In this document: positions 38,720-47,985 of the stretch, piece by piece
How the letters are laid out: every line of letters starts with the position of its first letter
How positions within the stretch are numbered: position 1 is the stretch's first letter
NCBI GenBank assembly: GCA_017441765.1
Contig: JAFRVK010000030.1
Location: 21,778 to 85,777 of the forward strand
From: Erysipelotrichaceae bacterium
GTDB lineage: Bacteria > Bacillota_I > Bacilli_A > Erysipelotrichales > Erysipelotrichaceae
Direction of reading: 5' to 3'
DNA length: 64,000 nucleotides
The notes under the pieces: model-generated
What the model saw: the letters and a program-made list of their open reading frames with translations, nothing else
Database searches by the model: none
What the model was told of the DNA's origin: nothing
Made by a program: the position numbers and the translations under genes

Positions 38720-39944
38720 TAGAAGAGAACGGCTGATGAAGTCACTGCCTGATGACAGTGTCGTTCTTCTGTTTTCGGGCAATGCCCCGTATCGTTCTGC
38801 CGATGAAACGTATGAGTTCTGCGTGGACCGCAATTTCTATTATCTGACCGGTCTGGATGCGGAAGACATGGTCGTCATGCTGAGCAAGATCAATGGCAGC
38901 ATCATGGAGAGGATCTTTATCCTTCCTTATGATGAGACCATGGCCAAATGGGTCGGAGGAAGACTGCTGCCGGAAACGGTCAAAGAGATCTCGAAAATCG
39001 CGATCATAGAAGACCGTGAAGATCTGGACATGACGATCGCTTCGCTCATGAACCGCTATCGTCTGAAAGACAGTCTGTCCTTCTATTTCGATTTCTGGCA
39101 CTATGATACAGACCAGGCGGATACCCAGGCACAGAAGTATGCCAGAAACATGCAGGAGCAGTATCCTTACTGCGTCATGAAAGATATCTATCCGATGCTG
39201 ACAAAAATGCGTCTGATCAAAGATGAATACGAGATCTCCTGCATCCGTAGAGCGATCCGTACGACCAATCTGGGGATACGGCAGATGATGAAAGCATCCA
39301 AGCCGGGAATGAACGAGATGGTCATGGACGGTATCTTCGAATTCGTACTGAAACAGGATTCCTGCAAAGAGCCGGCCTTCAAGACGATCGCTGCCAGCGG
39401 AAAACGGGCAACGATCCTCCATTATGCCGACAATGATCAGATCATGGAAGACAACGAACTGTTCCTTTGCGATCTGGGCGCGACCTATGACCATTACTGT
39501 GCGGATATTTCAAGGACTTTCCCGGTCAACGGCCGTTTCAGGGAACGTCAGAGAGAACTCTATGAAATCGTGCTGCACGCGAATAAGCTTGTCGCCCGCA
39601 AAGCGGCTCCGGGCATGAGCCTGAAGGAACTGAACAAGCTCGTAACCGATTACTATGAAGAAGAGCTTCCGAAGCACGGCCTGACCAAAGGCGTTTCCGA
39701 ATACTATTACCATTCCGTGTCCCACCATCTGGGTCTGGATACCCATGATGTGGATGGCGGGCCCGGAGCGCTTCTGGAAATAGGAAATGTCATTACGGAT
39801 GAACCGGGACTCTATGTTTCGGATGAAGGCATCGGCATCCGGATCGAGGATGATCTGCTGATCACGAAATACGGAGCAGTCGTTCTGTCGGAAGAGATCA
39901 TGAAAGATCCGCAGGATATCGAAGATTATATGAGAGGACATTAA
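38703..39944 (+). CDS. Xaa-Pro aminopeptidase (M24B family)
   Basis: Metal ligands appear in CDLGATYDHYCADISRTF, HSVSHHLGLDTHD and GIRIEDD. GGAGG SD lies 8 nt upstream. Confidence 0.88.
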   Translation: MNRYSDRRERLMKSLPDDSVVLLFSGNAPYRSADETYEFCVDRNFYYLTGLDAEDMVVMLSKINGSIMERIFILPYDETMAKWVGGRLLPETVKEISKIAIIEDREDLDMTIASLMNRYRLKDSLSFYFDFWHYDTDQADTQAQKYARNMQEQYPYCVMKDIYPMLTKMRLIKDEYEISCIRRAIRTTNLGIRQMMKASKPGMNEMVMDGIFEFVLKQDSCKEPAFKTIAASGKRATILHYADNDQIMEDNELFLCDLGATYDHYCADISRTFPVNGRFRERQRELYEIVLHANKLVARKAAPGMSLKELNKLVTDYYEEELPKHGLTKGVSEYYYHSVSHHLGLDTHDVDGGPGALLEIGNVITDEPGLYVSDEGIGIRIEDDLLITKYGAVVLSEEIMKDPQDIEDYMRGH

Positions 39945-39977
39945 GTGTCCTTTTCTTTTATAAAAACAGTACAATAA

Positions 39978-39991
39978 TGTAAACGTTTACA
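39978..39991. promoter_or_regulatory. cre / LacI-family operator palindrome TGTAAACGTTTACA abutting a TATAAT box (39994-39999)
   Basis: Perfect 14-bp palindrome matching the CcpA cre consensus (TGWAANCGNTNWCA). Confidence 0.6.
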
Positions 39992-40020
39992 GGTATAATA
40001 TCATTATAAAGGAGACTCGT

Positions 40021-40104
40021 ATGAAACATAATCACAATCCTGTTTTTCCTGACGGATTTCTCTGGGGCGCTTCCTCTGTGAAAGAAAGCATCATCTTTCA
40101 ATGA
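40021..40104 (+). pseudogene. Relic of a GH1 6-phospho-beta-glucosidase gene (first ~19 codons only)
   Basis: AAAGGAG SD plus MKHNHNPVFPDGFLWGASS matches the GH1 N-terminal FPxxFLWGxA signature. It then diverges and stops after 27 codons. Confidence 0.6.
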
Positions 40105-40107
40105 TGC
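40081..40107 (-). terminator. Intrinsic terminator of the GH2 gene (inside the GH1 relic)
   Basis: On the minus strand, GCATCAT-tgaaag-ATGATGC is followed by TTTCTTT. Confidence 0.7.
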
Positions 40108-40114
40108 CTGAATG

Positions 40115-41728
40115 CTATTCGCATTCTTTCTTATAGATCTCTTGAAGCTCTGCGTTCAGTTCATGCAGGGCTTTTTTATTGACCTTGCATATCTTTCTGT
40201 CATAGGTATAGAGACCGTTGATTTCCGTTTCCACGTCGCTGACCTGGGTATAGATCGCTCCCATGAGTCCATTTTTGATTGAAGGGATATACATCTTTTC
40301 ATGGAGTTCCCTGATCTTATCCATCAGCTCCTTTTCCGAAGCAGCCGTTCCATAGCCCCAGGTACTGCCTTTGATTTCTTCCATCGCCCGCTTGAAGCCT
40401 CCGCATTCCGACAGGAACAGTGCCTTGTCTTTTTCTTTCAGGACCTTGTTGCGGAAATAGACGTGATAGGAATCAAAATCCGACTTGTCATCAAAGAACC
40501 ACCCTGAAGTCGAATCGAAGAGACGATCCGGATCCATCGGTTTCAGGATCTCATAGCTTCCCGAGGCATCCTGCTGGCCCCAGCCTTCGTTGTAGATCGT
40601 ATAGGCGATGATGGATGGATGAGACTTGAGATGCTGTATCGTATTCTTGGCGTGCTGAATGAAGAAGTCATAGCGGTCCTGTTCGATGATCGGACATTTG
40701 ATCTTCTGTAGGCCGATCGTAGAGATGACCGTATCTTTCAAAGGTTTGTAGGTGCCGGAATTGACCATGTCCTGTATCACCAGCATCCCGTGTTTGTCGC
40801 AATAGTAATAGAACGCTTCCGGTTCTACTTTGATGTGTTTCCGTAAGGTATTGAATCCCAGTTCCTTCATGTTCAGGACATCGGCTTCATATTCCTTTGG
40901 ATCTTCCGGGGTATAGATGCCTTTTTTGAAATAGCCCTGATCCAGGAGTCCGTTGATGAAGACAGGTTCATCATTCAGATAGAAACGGTAATGTCCGTTG
41001 GCTTTCTTCAGTTCCGTTTTCCGCAAAGCGAAATAGGAAGTGACTGTATCGTTCTTTGTGCTGATTTTCAGATCATAAAGGTATGGATCATCGATGGACC
41101 AAAGATGCGGTTCAGGGATCGTGATCTCGATATCGCGCTGATCGAAAGACTGTCTGTATCCTTCAAATTCAACCGTGTAACGATCTGCCTTGGAATCGAT
41201 GTGCAGTTTCAGCATCTTTGCATCTGTCCTGATCACCAAAGCATCGATCCCGTCTTTCGGATAGGCTTCCAGCCAGACGGACTGCCAGATGCCGGAGACC
41301 TGGGTGTACCAGATGCCGGAAGGCTCCTTGGCCTGCTTGCCATAAGGATAAAGAGGATCCAGCTCATCGATGACCTTGACCTCCAGATGATTTTCTTCTT
41401 TCAGACAGTCTGTGATATCCGCATGGAATGGCAGATATCCGCCTTCATGGTGACAGAGATGTTCCTCATTGAGATAGATATCGCAGATCTGATCGACTGC
41501 ACCGAAATGAAGGATGGCCTTGTCTTCCTTTCCGTAAAATCCAACAGGAATAACAAAATCTTTCACATAGCTGATCTCGTGAAGATCTCCCTGATAACCG
41601 GAAGCTTCCGATTCCGGAGGAAAAGGCACTTCGATCGGTTTCCCGTTCAAAGTCCATTCACCATTCAATGATAAGAAAGAGTCTCTCTGCAGCAGGGGAC
41701 GGGGATAGTAATTGTCGTACTTGTTCAT
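40115..41728 (-). CDS. Glycoside hydrolase family 2 protein
   Basis: GH2 sugar-binding N-terminus (LNGEWTLNG...) and TIM-barrel motifs (NTLRKH..., YNEGWGQ). Confidence 0.8.
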   Translation of the reverse strand: MNKYDNYYPRPLLQRDSFLSLNGEWTLNGKPIEVPFPPESEASGYQGDLHEISYVKDFVIPVGFYGKEDKAILHFGAVDQICDIYLNEEHLCHHEGGYLPFHADITDCLKEENHLEVKVIDELDPLYPYGKQAKEPSGIWYTQVSGIWQSVWLEAYPKDGIDALVIRTDAKMLKLHIDSKADRYTVEFEGYRQSFDQRDIEITIPEPHLWSIDDPYLYDLKISTKNDTVTSYFALRKTELKKANGHYRFYLNDEPVFINGLLDQGYFKKGIYTPEDPKEYEADVLNMKELGFNTLRKHIKVEPEAFYYYCDKHGMLVIQDMVNSGTYKPLKDTVISTIGLQKIKCPIIEQDRYDFFIQHAKNTIQHLKSHPSIIAYTIYNEGWGQQDASGSYEILKPMDPDRLFDSTSGWFFDDKSDFDSYHVYFRNKVLKEKDKALFLSECGGFKRAMEEIKGSTWGYGTAASEKELMDKIRELHEKMYIPSIKNGLMGAIYTQVSDVETEINGLYTYDRKICKVNKKALHELNAELQEIYKKECE

Positions 41729-41783
41729 AAGTATATTATAAAATGAGTGTTCCGTTTATGATACTTTTTGATAAACTATTGTT

Positions 41784-42542
41784 ATGAATATAGCACTGGT
41801 ATCTTACGAATTTATCAACAATGATCTTTCTTTCAATATCAAGCAGATCGAAAAAGCCTTCCGGGCGGTTTCAGACAAGGCAGATCTTCTGTGCTTCGGT
41901 GAGACCTTTCTGCAGGGCTTCGATGCATTGAGCTGGAACTATGACCGCGACAAGAAGATCGCACTGTCACAGGACAGCCGCATCATTCAGAATCTGCGTG
42001 CTCTGACGGTCCAGTATGGCACGGATCTTCTGTTCGGCTATCTGGAACTGTTCGAGGACAGGATCTATTCCTCATGCATGCTGATAGAGAAGAGAGAGAT
42101 CGTTCATAATTACCGCCGTATCACGAAAGGCTGGAAGGATACGGAATTTGCCGATGAGCACTATGCGGAAGGAACAGACACGGCGCCTTTTGCCTACCAG
42201 GGAAAAGAGATGCAGATCGCGCTGTGCGGAGATCTCTGGGATGAGCCGAAACGCTTCAGGACAGATGGCCTGCTGCTGTGGCCGGTCTATGTGAACTTCT
42301 CACAAGAAGAATGGCAGAATGAGATCAAAGAATACGCTCTGCAGGCAAAAAAAGTTGCAAAGGATACCGTCATGGTCAATTCTCTCAGCAGAGATCGAGA
42401 TCCTGTTTCCGTTGGCGGAGCCTTCGTTTTCGGGGACGGAGAACTGATGAATGAACCGATCTATGATGTCGAAAACATTCTGATCATCGGTTATAACGAT
42501 CTTCCGGATTACAGGAATAAAGAAGCGATCATTGAAGAATGA
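41784..42542 (+). CDS. Carbon-nitrogen hydrolase (nitrilase superfamily)
   Basis: Glu (LLCFGETFLQG), Lys (YRRITKGW) and Cys (IALCGDLW) triad context. Confidence 0.8.
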   Translation: MNIALVSYEFINNDLSFNIKQIEKAFRAVSDKADLLCFGETFLQGFDALSWNYDRDKKIALSQDSRIIQNLRALTVQYGTDLLFGYLELFEDRIYSSCMLIEKREIVHNYRRITKGWKDTEFADEHYAEGTDTAPFAYQGKEMQIALCGDLWDEPKRFRTDGLLLWPVYVNFSQEEWQNEIKEYALQAKKVAKDTVMVNSLSRDRDPVSVGGAFVFGDGELMNEPIYDVENILIIGYNDLPDYRNKEAIIEE

Positions 42543-42568
42543 TCGTTTTTTTACGAAAAGGCACATCG

Positions 42569-43015
42569 ATGGAAATACTGCTGATTCAGAAAGGGTATCC
42601 TCTCTGGGATAAGACGATCTCATATGCACAGAACTGTTCCTGGAACGCGGGATCTTTTCTTGCGGACAAAATGAAAAGAAATGACTTCTTTGATTGGGAA
42701 CGGGTGATTATCGCAACAGAACAGGAGCGCATCATCGGATTCTGTAGCTTTACGGAAAAAGATGCATTGCCTGAGTATTATGATTTCAAACCCTTTATCG
42801 GATTCGTTTTCGTAGACGAAAACCGTCGCGGAAACCGTGTATCTGAACGGATGATCGATCAGGCGGTCCGTTATGCCGAAAAGACCGGATTTTCGAAAGT
42901 TTATCTGACGAGTGATGAACGTGGTCTCTATGAGAAATACGGATTTGAGAAGATCGGCGATTATGAAACGATCCATGGAACAAAAGAACAGTTGTTTCAA
43001 AGAAATATCATATAA
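42569..43015 (+). CDS. GNAT-family N-acetyltransferase
   Basis: Acetyl-CoA motif region (VFVDENRRGNRVSERMIDQAVRYAEKTGF). The alternative upstream start at 42539 overlaps the preceding stop. Confidence 0.75.
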   Translation: MEILLIQKGYPLWDKTISYAQNCSWNAGSFLADKMKRNDFFDWERVIIATEQERIIGFCSFTEKDALPEYYDFKPFIGFVFVDENRRGNRVSERMIDQAVRYAEKTGFSKVYLTSDERGLYEKYGFEKIGDYETIHGTKEQLFQRNII

Positions 43016-43022
43016 TTGAAGT

Positions 43023-43694
43023 ATGGATAAAATACTGATCATTTCTGCTTTCAGCAAGTTCTTTCTCGGCGTGATCCTGGTCGGAGCGCTTCTGTTTGTT
43101 CCGGCAGGGACGCTGCAGTACAGGGAAGCCTGGCTTTTTTTGGCGACGCTGTTCATTCCGATGTTTATCGTAGGGATCATCCTGATGTTCAAGGATCAGG
43201 ATCTTTTGAGAAGCAGGCTGAACGCCAAAGAAAAAGTCGGAACACAGAAGAAGGTCGTGGGATTCAGCGGACTGATGTTTCTGACAGCTTTCATCCTGGC
43301 GGGTCTGAATCGCCGGTTCGGCTGGAACAGCCTGCCTGAGAGTATCATTTACGGCGCTGTTGCCGTTTTCCTGATCGCTTATCTTCTGTATGGAGAAGTG
43401 CTGAGAGAAAACTCTTATCTTTCAAGAACAATCGAAGTACGCGAAGGCCAGAAAGTGGTCGATACTGGACTGTATGGCGTCGTCCGTCATCCGATGTATA
43501 TGGCAACGATCTTTCTGTTTCTGAGCATTCCCTTTATTCTCAACAGCCTCTATTCTTTCTTTGTGATGCTGTTGTACATTCCGATCATCATCAAACGATT
43601 GCTGAATGAAGAAGAAGTCCTGAAGAAAGAACTGCCAGGCTATGAAGAATATATGCAGAAAGTGAAATACCGTATCATTCCGTTCATTTACTAG
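43023..43694 (+). CDS. ICMT/phospholipid-methyltransferase-family membrane methyltransferase
   Basis: Multi-TM protein with C-terminal GLYGVVRHPMY motif. Confidence 0.78.
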   Translation: MDKILIISAFSKFFLGVILVGALLFVPAGTLQYREAWLFLATLFIPMFIVGIILMFKDQDLLRSRLNAKEKVGTQKKVVGFSGLMFLTAFILAGLNRRFGWNSLPESIIYGAVAVFLIAYLLYGEVLRENSYLSRTIEVREGQKVVDTGLYGVVRHPMYMATIFLFLSIPFILNSLYSFFVMLLYIPIIIKRLLNEEEVLKKELPGYEEYMQKVKYRIIPFIY

Positions 43695-43698
43695 AAAC

Positions 43699-44040
43699 AT
43701 GAAAATCAACGAATATCAGAAACTGGCGATGAAGAACCTGAATCCTGCCTTGAAGGAAGAGGAAGTCCTTTTGAATGGCGTCATGGGCCTTTGCGGAGAG
43801 AGCGGAGAAGTCATCGACATCCTCAAGAAGCATCTTTCCCAGGGACATGAACTGAATAGAGAGAAGATGGCAGAAGAGCTTGGCGATGTCGCCTGGTATC
43901 TGGCAGAAACAGCCTACGCGTTAGGCTATGATCTGGAAGATATCTTACAGATGAATATCGATAAATTGCATAAACGTTATCCGAACGGTTTCAGTACAGA
44001 GGATTCATTAAACAGAAAAGATGAAGAATCGATCCTGTGA
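43699..44040 (+). CDS. MazG-like nucleotide pyrophosphohydrolase (small, single domain)
   Basis: GLCGESGEVIDILKK...ELGDVAWYL EExxE/D-type motifs. Confidence 0.85.
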   Translation: MKINEYQKLAMKNLNPALKEEEVLLNGVMGLCGESGEVIDILKKHLSQGHELNREKMAEELGDVAWYLAETAYALGYDLEDILQMNIDKLHKRYPNGFSTEDSLNRKDEESIL

Positions 44041-44069
44041 CATATTTAGATTATTGAAGGAGATCAGCA

Positions 44070-45242
44070 ATGCTTTGTGAAACAAAATTCAACGAAATAT
44101 ATGGAAAGCAGGCGGAACATCTTTTGTTCTGCCCATATCGCATTTCTCCTCTGGGAGCTCATATCGACCATCAGGATGGCATTATCAACGGATTGGCGAT
44201 CGATAAGGGGATCTATATCGCCTGCAGCCTGAAGAAAAACGGCATCATCGAGCTGCAAAGTGTCAATTTCCCGAAACGGGCCCAGTTTCATATCGATGAT
44301 ATCGAAGAACAGAAAGTGGGAGACTGGGCCGATCACCTGAGAGGCGCAGCCAGGGAACTGCAGCAGAAACATCAGCTGAAATATGGCCTGTGCGGTGTGA
44401 TCGAAGGCGAATTGCCAATCGGCGGTCTGTCATCATCTGCCGCAGTCATCATTGTATTCCTGAGCGCTCTGGCAAAGATCAATGGGATCACACTTGATCC
44501 GTGGGAACTGATCATGATGGCAAAAGCTGCTGAAAACAACTATGTCGGAGTAAAGTGCGGCAAGCTTGATCAGTGCTGTGAAGTCTTAAGCAGAAAAGAC
44601 AGACTGCTGTATCTGGACTGCAGGGATGATTCTTACGAACTGATCAGCCTGAATCCGGATATGAAACCGTTCCGGATCGCGGTCTTCTTTTCCGGTCTGG
44701 AGAGATCCTTGGCTAATTCCGACTACAACCTGAGACAGGATGAATGTAAAGCGGCTGCCTATTCGCTGATGGCTTATGCGGGTATGAAGTACGGCAAGTT
44801 TGCGGATGCGAAGCTCAGAGATGTGCCTGTCGAAGTGTTTGAAACATACAAGGATCAGCTTCCGCTGAATTTCAGGAAAAGAGCTGTTCACTTCTTCAGC
44901 GAGATCGACAGAGCCAGAAGAGGCGCTGAGGCTTTCAGAAACGGAGACCTGGAAGAATACGGAAAACTGATTTTTGAATCAGGAAGAAGCAGCATCGTCA
45001 ATTATGAATGCGGATGCAAGGAGCTGATCAGCCTGTATGACATCATGACAGAGACGGATGGCATTTATGGCGGAAGATTTTCAGGTGCGGGCTTTAAGGG
45101 CTGCTGCATGGCTCTTATCGATCCTGACAGGGAAGATGAGATCTGTAGCAGGGTCTCGGAGGCATATCTTAAGATCTATCCGGAACTGAAAGACAGATAT
45201 GCATGCTGCGTCTGTGACAGCAGCGACGGAGTGAAACTATGA
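44070..45242 (+). CDS. Galactokinase-family (GHMP) sugar 1-kinase
   Basis: ISPLGAHIDHQDG (galactokinase-signature-like) and GHMP motif PIGGLSSSAAV. Confidence 0.82.
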   Translation: MLCETKFNEIYGKQAEHLLFCPYRISPLGAHIDHQDGIINGLAIDKGIYIACSLKKNGIIELQSVNFPKRAQFHIDDIEEQKVGDWADHLRGAARELQQKHQLKYGLCGVIEGELPIGGLSSSAAVIIVFLSALAKINGITLDPWELIMMAKAAENNYVGVKCGKLDQCCEVLSRKDRLLYLDCRDDSYELISLNPDMKPFRIAVFFSGLERSLANSDYNLRQDECKAAAYSLMAYAGMKYGKFADAKLRDVPVEVFETYKDQLPLNFRKRAVHFFSEIDRARRGAEAFRNGDLEEYGKLIFESGRSSIVNYECGCKELISLYDIMTETDGIYGGRFSGAGFKGCCMALIDPDREDEICSRVSEAYLKIYPELKDRYACCVCDSSDGVKL

Positions 45243-45958
45243 AATGTATCATTCTTGCGGCAGGGTATGCGACCAGGCTGTATCCTTTGACTGAAAACTT
45301 CCCCAAGCCGCTGCTGGAAGTGGCAGGCAGAACGATCCTGGACCGGCTGATCGATGATATCGGTGAATCTATCGATGAGTTTATCCTTGTAAGCAATCAT
45401 AAGTTCTATGAACAGTTTTCAGACTGGTCTTCTAACAGAAACATCACTGTAATCGATGATGGATCCATCCGAAATGAAGAAAGGCTCGGAGCTGTGAGGG
45501 ATCTGGAGATTGCAATCAGGGAATCGGAAATCAGGGAAGACTGCATGGTCATGGCCGGAGATAATCTGCTGGATTTTTCATTGAAAGGATTTATTGATTT
45601 CTTTAAAGAAAAGAACCACTCCTGTGTCATGTGTCACGAAGAAAACAGGATCGAAGCATTGAGAAAGACGGCAGTCATTACGGTAGATGAGGATCATCGG
45701 ATCCTTTCCTATGAAGAAAAACCGGAAGAACCTAAGGGGAATCTGGCAGTTCCGCCATTCTATATCTATAAGGCCGAGGATATCACCAGAGTATCGCAGG
45801 CTCTCAATGAAGGATGTTCCTATGACGCTCCGGGATCGTTTGCGGTCTGGTTATCAGGCAGAAGCGACATGTATGCTTATCCGATGCCTGGCAGAAGATA
45901 TGATATCGGCGATCTGAAGAGCTATAAGAATGTCTGTGAACTGTTTAAAGAAGGATAA
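45239..45958 (+). CDS. Sugar-1-phosphate nucleotidylyltransferase
   Basis: MKCIILAAGYATRLYPLTENFPKPLL N-terminal signature. ATGA overlap with the kinase gene. Confidence 0.85.
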   Translation: MKCIILAAGYATRLYPLTENFPKPLLEVAGRTILDRLIDDIGESIDEFILVSNHKFYEQFSDWSSNRNITVIDDGSIRNEERLGAVRDLEIAIRESEIREDCMVMAGDNLLDFSLKGFIDFFKEKNHSCVMCHEENRIEALRKTAVITVDEDHRILSYEEKPEEPKGNLAVPPFYIYKAEDITRVSQALNEGCSYDAPGSFAVWLSGRSDMYAYPMPGRRYDIGDLKSYKNVCELFKEG

Positions 45959-45960
45959 CT

Positions 45961-46362
45961 ATGAGAAAAGTGCTGTTTGTCTGCTGGGGCAATATCTGCA
46001 GAAGCCCAATGGCTGAATATACCCTGAAAAGCCTCTCTGAGGACATTTATTGCGAGTCCAGAGCTGTTTCCAATGAAGAAGAAGGGAAAGACCTCTATCT
46101 TCCCGCAAAACGCTGTCTGGAACGCCATGGGATCTCTTATGAACGGCATTACGCACGGAAGATCACACAGGATGACTATGAAGAATTCGATGAAATCTAT
46201 GTCATGGATCAGCTGAATATGGATCGTATCAGAAAAATCATCAATGATCATGATCATAAAATAAAATATTTATTAAATAAAGAAATAGAAGACCCCTGGT
46301 GGACGGGAAGATACGACAAAGTCTACGAAGAGATCTATGAAGGGATCTTAAATATCCTATAA
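45961..46362 (+). CDS. Low-molecular-weight protein-tyrosine phosphatase
   Basis: VLFVCWGNICRSPMAE (CX5RS) and a DP motif near the C-terminus. Confidence 0.9.
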   Translation: MRKVLFVCWGNICRSPMAEYTLKSLSEDIYCESRAVSNEEEGKDLYLPAKRCLERHGISYERHYARKITQDDYEEFDEIYVMDQLNMDRIRKIINDHDHKIKYLLNKEIEDPWWTGRYDKVYEEIYEGILNIL

Positions 46363-46380
46363 CTTTTTTCATTTCAGGTA

Positions 46381-46409
46381 TTGACAGTCATATGAACCTC
46401 TGATATAAT
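46381..46409 (+). promoter_or_regulatory. Consensus sigma-A promoter TTGACA-17-TATAAT for the SPFH operon
   Basis: Perfect -35 (46381-46386) and -10 (46404-46409) with a 17-nt spacer. Confidence 0.7.
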
Positions 46410-46508
46410 CAAATTACCATGAAGGAGTTGTATGATCCGGAATGGTTGAAAAAAGATCATTGTGAAATGGTCTGGTTCATTGAAAATCTATATCAGGAGG
46501 TACAGAAG

Positions 46509-47309
46509 ATGAAGAATATCAATATCAATGTTAATTTCAAGAAAGTATTCGTCATCATCGCAGCCTTCGCTCTGTTGATGACGATCGTTACAGCTGCGAC
46601 CGTGAAAGTCGAAGCTGGTCATACCGGAGTAGTTCTTACTTTGGGTAAAGTCGAGGAAACGGTCCTGCAGGAAGGGATGCATCTGAAGATCCCGTTCGTA
46701 CAGGAAGTTGTACAGATCGACAACCGTATCGTAAAACTGGAAGTCGAAACGGAGGCCTTCTCCAAGGACCTGCAGACAGTGGATACGACTCTGGCGATCA
46801 ACTACCGTATCGATGCCAACAAGAGCTACAGCGTGTACAAGAATATCGGTTCGAACTATGAAGATGTCCTGATCGTTCCGGCAGTCAACGAAGTCCTGAA
46901 AGCCATTACTTCCCGTTATACGGCAGAAGAAAGCGTCAGCAATCGTGCTTTGATTTCTGATGGACTGGTAGAAGGACTGAACAAGAAGCTCAATGCTTCC
47001 GGATTGTACGTTACGGATGTCAATATCATCGACTTCGACTTCTCAGAAGCCTTCATTCAGGCGATCGAAGAGAAACAAGTCGCTCAGCAGATGCTGCTGA
47101 AAGCGGAAACCGAGAAACAGACAGCGATCACGAATGCGGAAGCACAGGCAGAAGCGATTAAAATCAAAGCAGAAGCCGAAGCAGAAGCAAACCGTGTACT
47201 GGCAGAATCCCTTACCGCTGAGATCATCGAATACAACAAGATCCAGAAGTGGGACGGACAGCTGCCTCAGGTCAGCGGTAGCACAGCTACCATCATCGAC
47301 CTGGACTAA
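46509..47309 (+). CDS. SPFH/prohibitin-family membrane protein
   Basis: CAGGAGG SD precedes ATG 46509. N-terminal TM followed by a prohibitin-like core (VEAGHTGVVLTLGKV...). An in-frame ATG at 46419 would add 30 non-membrane residues and would be leaderless. Confidence 0.82.
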   Translation: MKNININVNFKKVFVIIAAFALLMTIVTAATVKVEAGHTGVVLTLGKVEETVLQEGMHLKIPFVQEVVQIDNRIVKLEVETEAFSKDLQTVDTTLAINYRIDANKSYSVYKNIGSNYEDVLIVPAVNEVLKAITSRYTAEESVSNRALISDGLVEGLNKKLNASGLYVTDVNIIDFDFSEAFIQAIEEKQVAQQMLLKAETEKQTAITNAEAQAEAIKIKAEAEAEANRVLAESLTAEIIEYNKIQKWDGQLPQVSGSTATIIDLD

Positions 47310-47320
47310 GGAGGTGCAAA

Positions 47321-47464
47321 ATGATCACATTATTTGTATTAACCATGATGCTTATCGGATTCGTCTTTGGATTGTTAGGCTGGATCATAAGATTGGGATT
47401 GGCTCTGCTGCCTTATATCCTGCTCTATCAGTTATTTAGAAGTTTCGTATATAGAAGATATTAA
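47321..47464 (+). CDS. Unannotated 47-aa small membrane protein (MITLFVLTMMLIGFVFGLLGWIIRLGLALLPYILLYQLFRSFVYRRY)
   Basis: AAGGAGG SD lies 6 nt upstream. Two hydrophobic segments. Sits 11 nt after the SPFH stop and 5 nt before the next gene. Confidence 0.5.
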   Translation: MITLFVLTMMLIGFVFGLLGWIIRLGLALLPYILLYQLFRSFVYRRY

Positions 47465-47469
47465 AGAAA

Positions 47470-47979
47470 ATGAAATACTATCTGAAAGAAAACTTCCGTT
47501 TCTTATATGCAGACGGACAATTATATGACGAAAACGATAATGTAGTCTACTACTACGAAAACAAGACCCTGCTCTATCCGAAAATCGGATTGTACAAGGA
47601 TGACAAGATGATAGGTTTCGTCAAAAAGAACTTTACCTGGTTCTTAAGACAGTATGATTTATTCCTGGATGATGAGTTCGTTGGCTCTCTGGATCAGAAA
47701 TTCACCTGGTTCAGGAGCCAGCTGGATCTGTCGGATCTGGGATGGACGATTCGGGGAGATCTCTTTGACTGGCATTATGAGATCTATGACAAAGACGATC
47801 TCCTGATCGCCCGTGTCGATCAGGAACTGTTCCGCTTGACGCAGCGATTCTACATCGATATCTATGATGAAGACAACGAAGAGCTGGTGATACTGCTTGT
47901 AATAGCATTGAATCAGTTCGATAAAGACAGAGCTGCCGCAAGTTCAGCCGCAAGCTCAGGCTCGCACAGCAGCCATTAA
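47470..47979 (+). CDS. LURP-one-related / Tubby-C-like (YxjI-type) protein
   Basis: Repeated FTWF(L/R)xQ(Y/L)DL segments and the overall pattern are typical of the LURP-one-related (DUF567) family. Ala/Ser-rich tail. Confidence 0.7.
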   Translation: MKYYLKENFRFLYADGQLYDENDNVVYYYENKTLLYPKIGLYKDDKMIGFVKKNFTWFLRQYDLFLDDEFVGSLDQKFTWFRSQLDLSDLGWTIRGDLFDWHYEIYDKDDLLIARVDQELFRLTQRFYIDIYDEDNEELVILLVIALNQFDKDRAAASSAASSGSHSSH

Positions 47980-47985
47980 GGAGAC

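Noticed and set aside
43699-44040. MazG-like gene as part of a toxin-antitoxin (mazEF) locus
   Set aside because: This is a MazG-type NTP pyrophosphohydrolase fold, not MazF or MazE. No toxin-like partner is adjacent.
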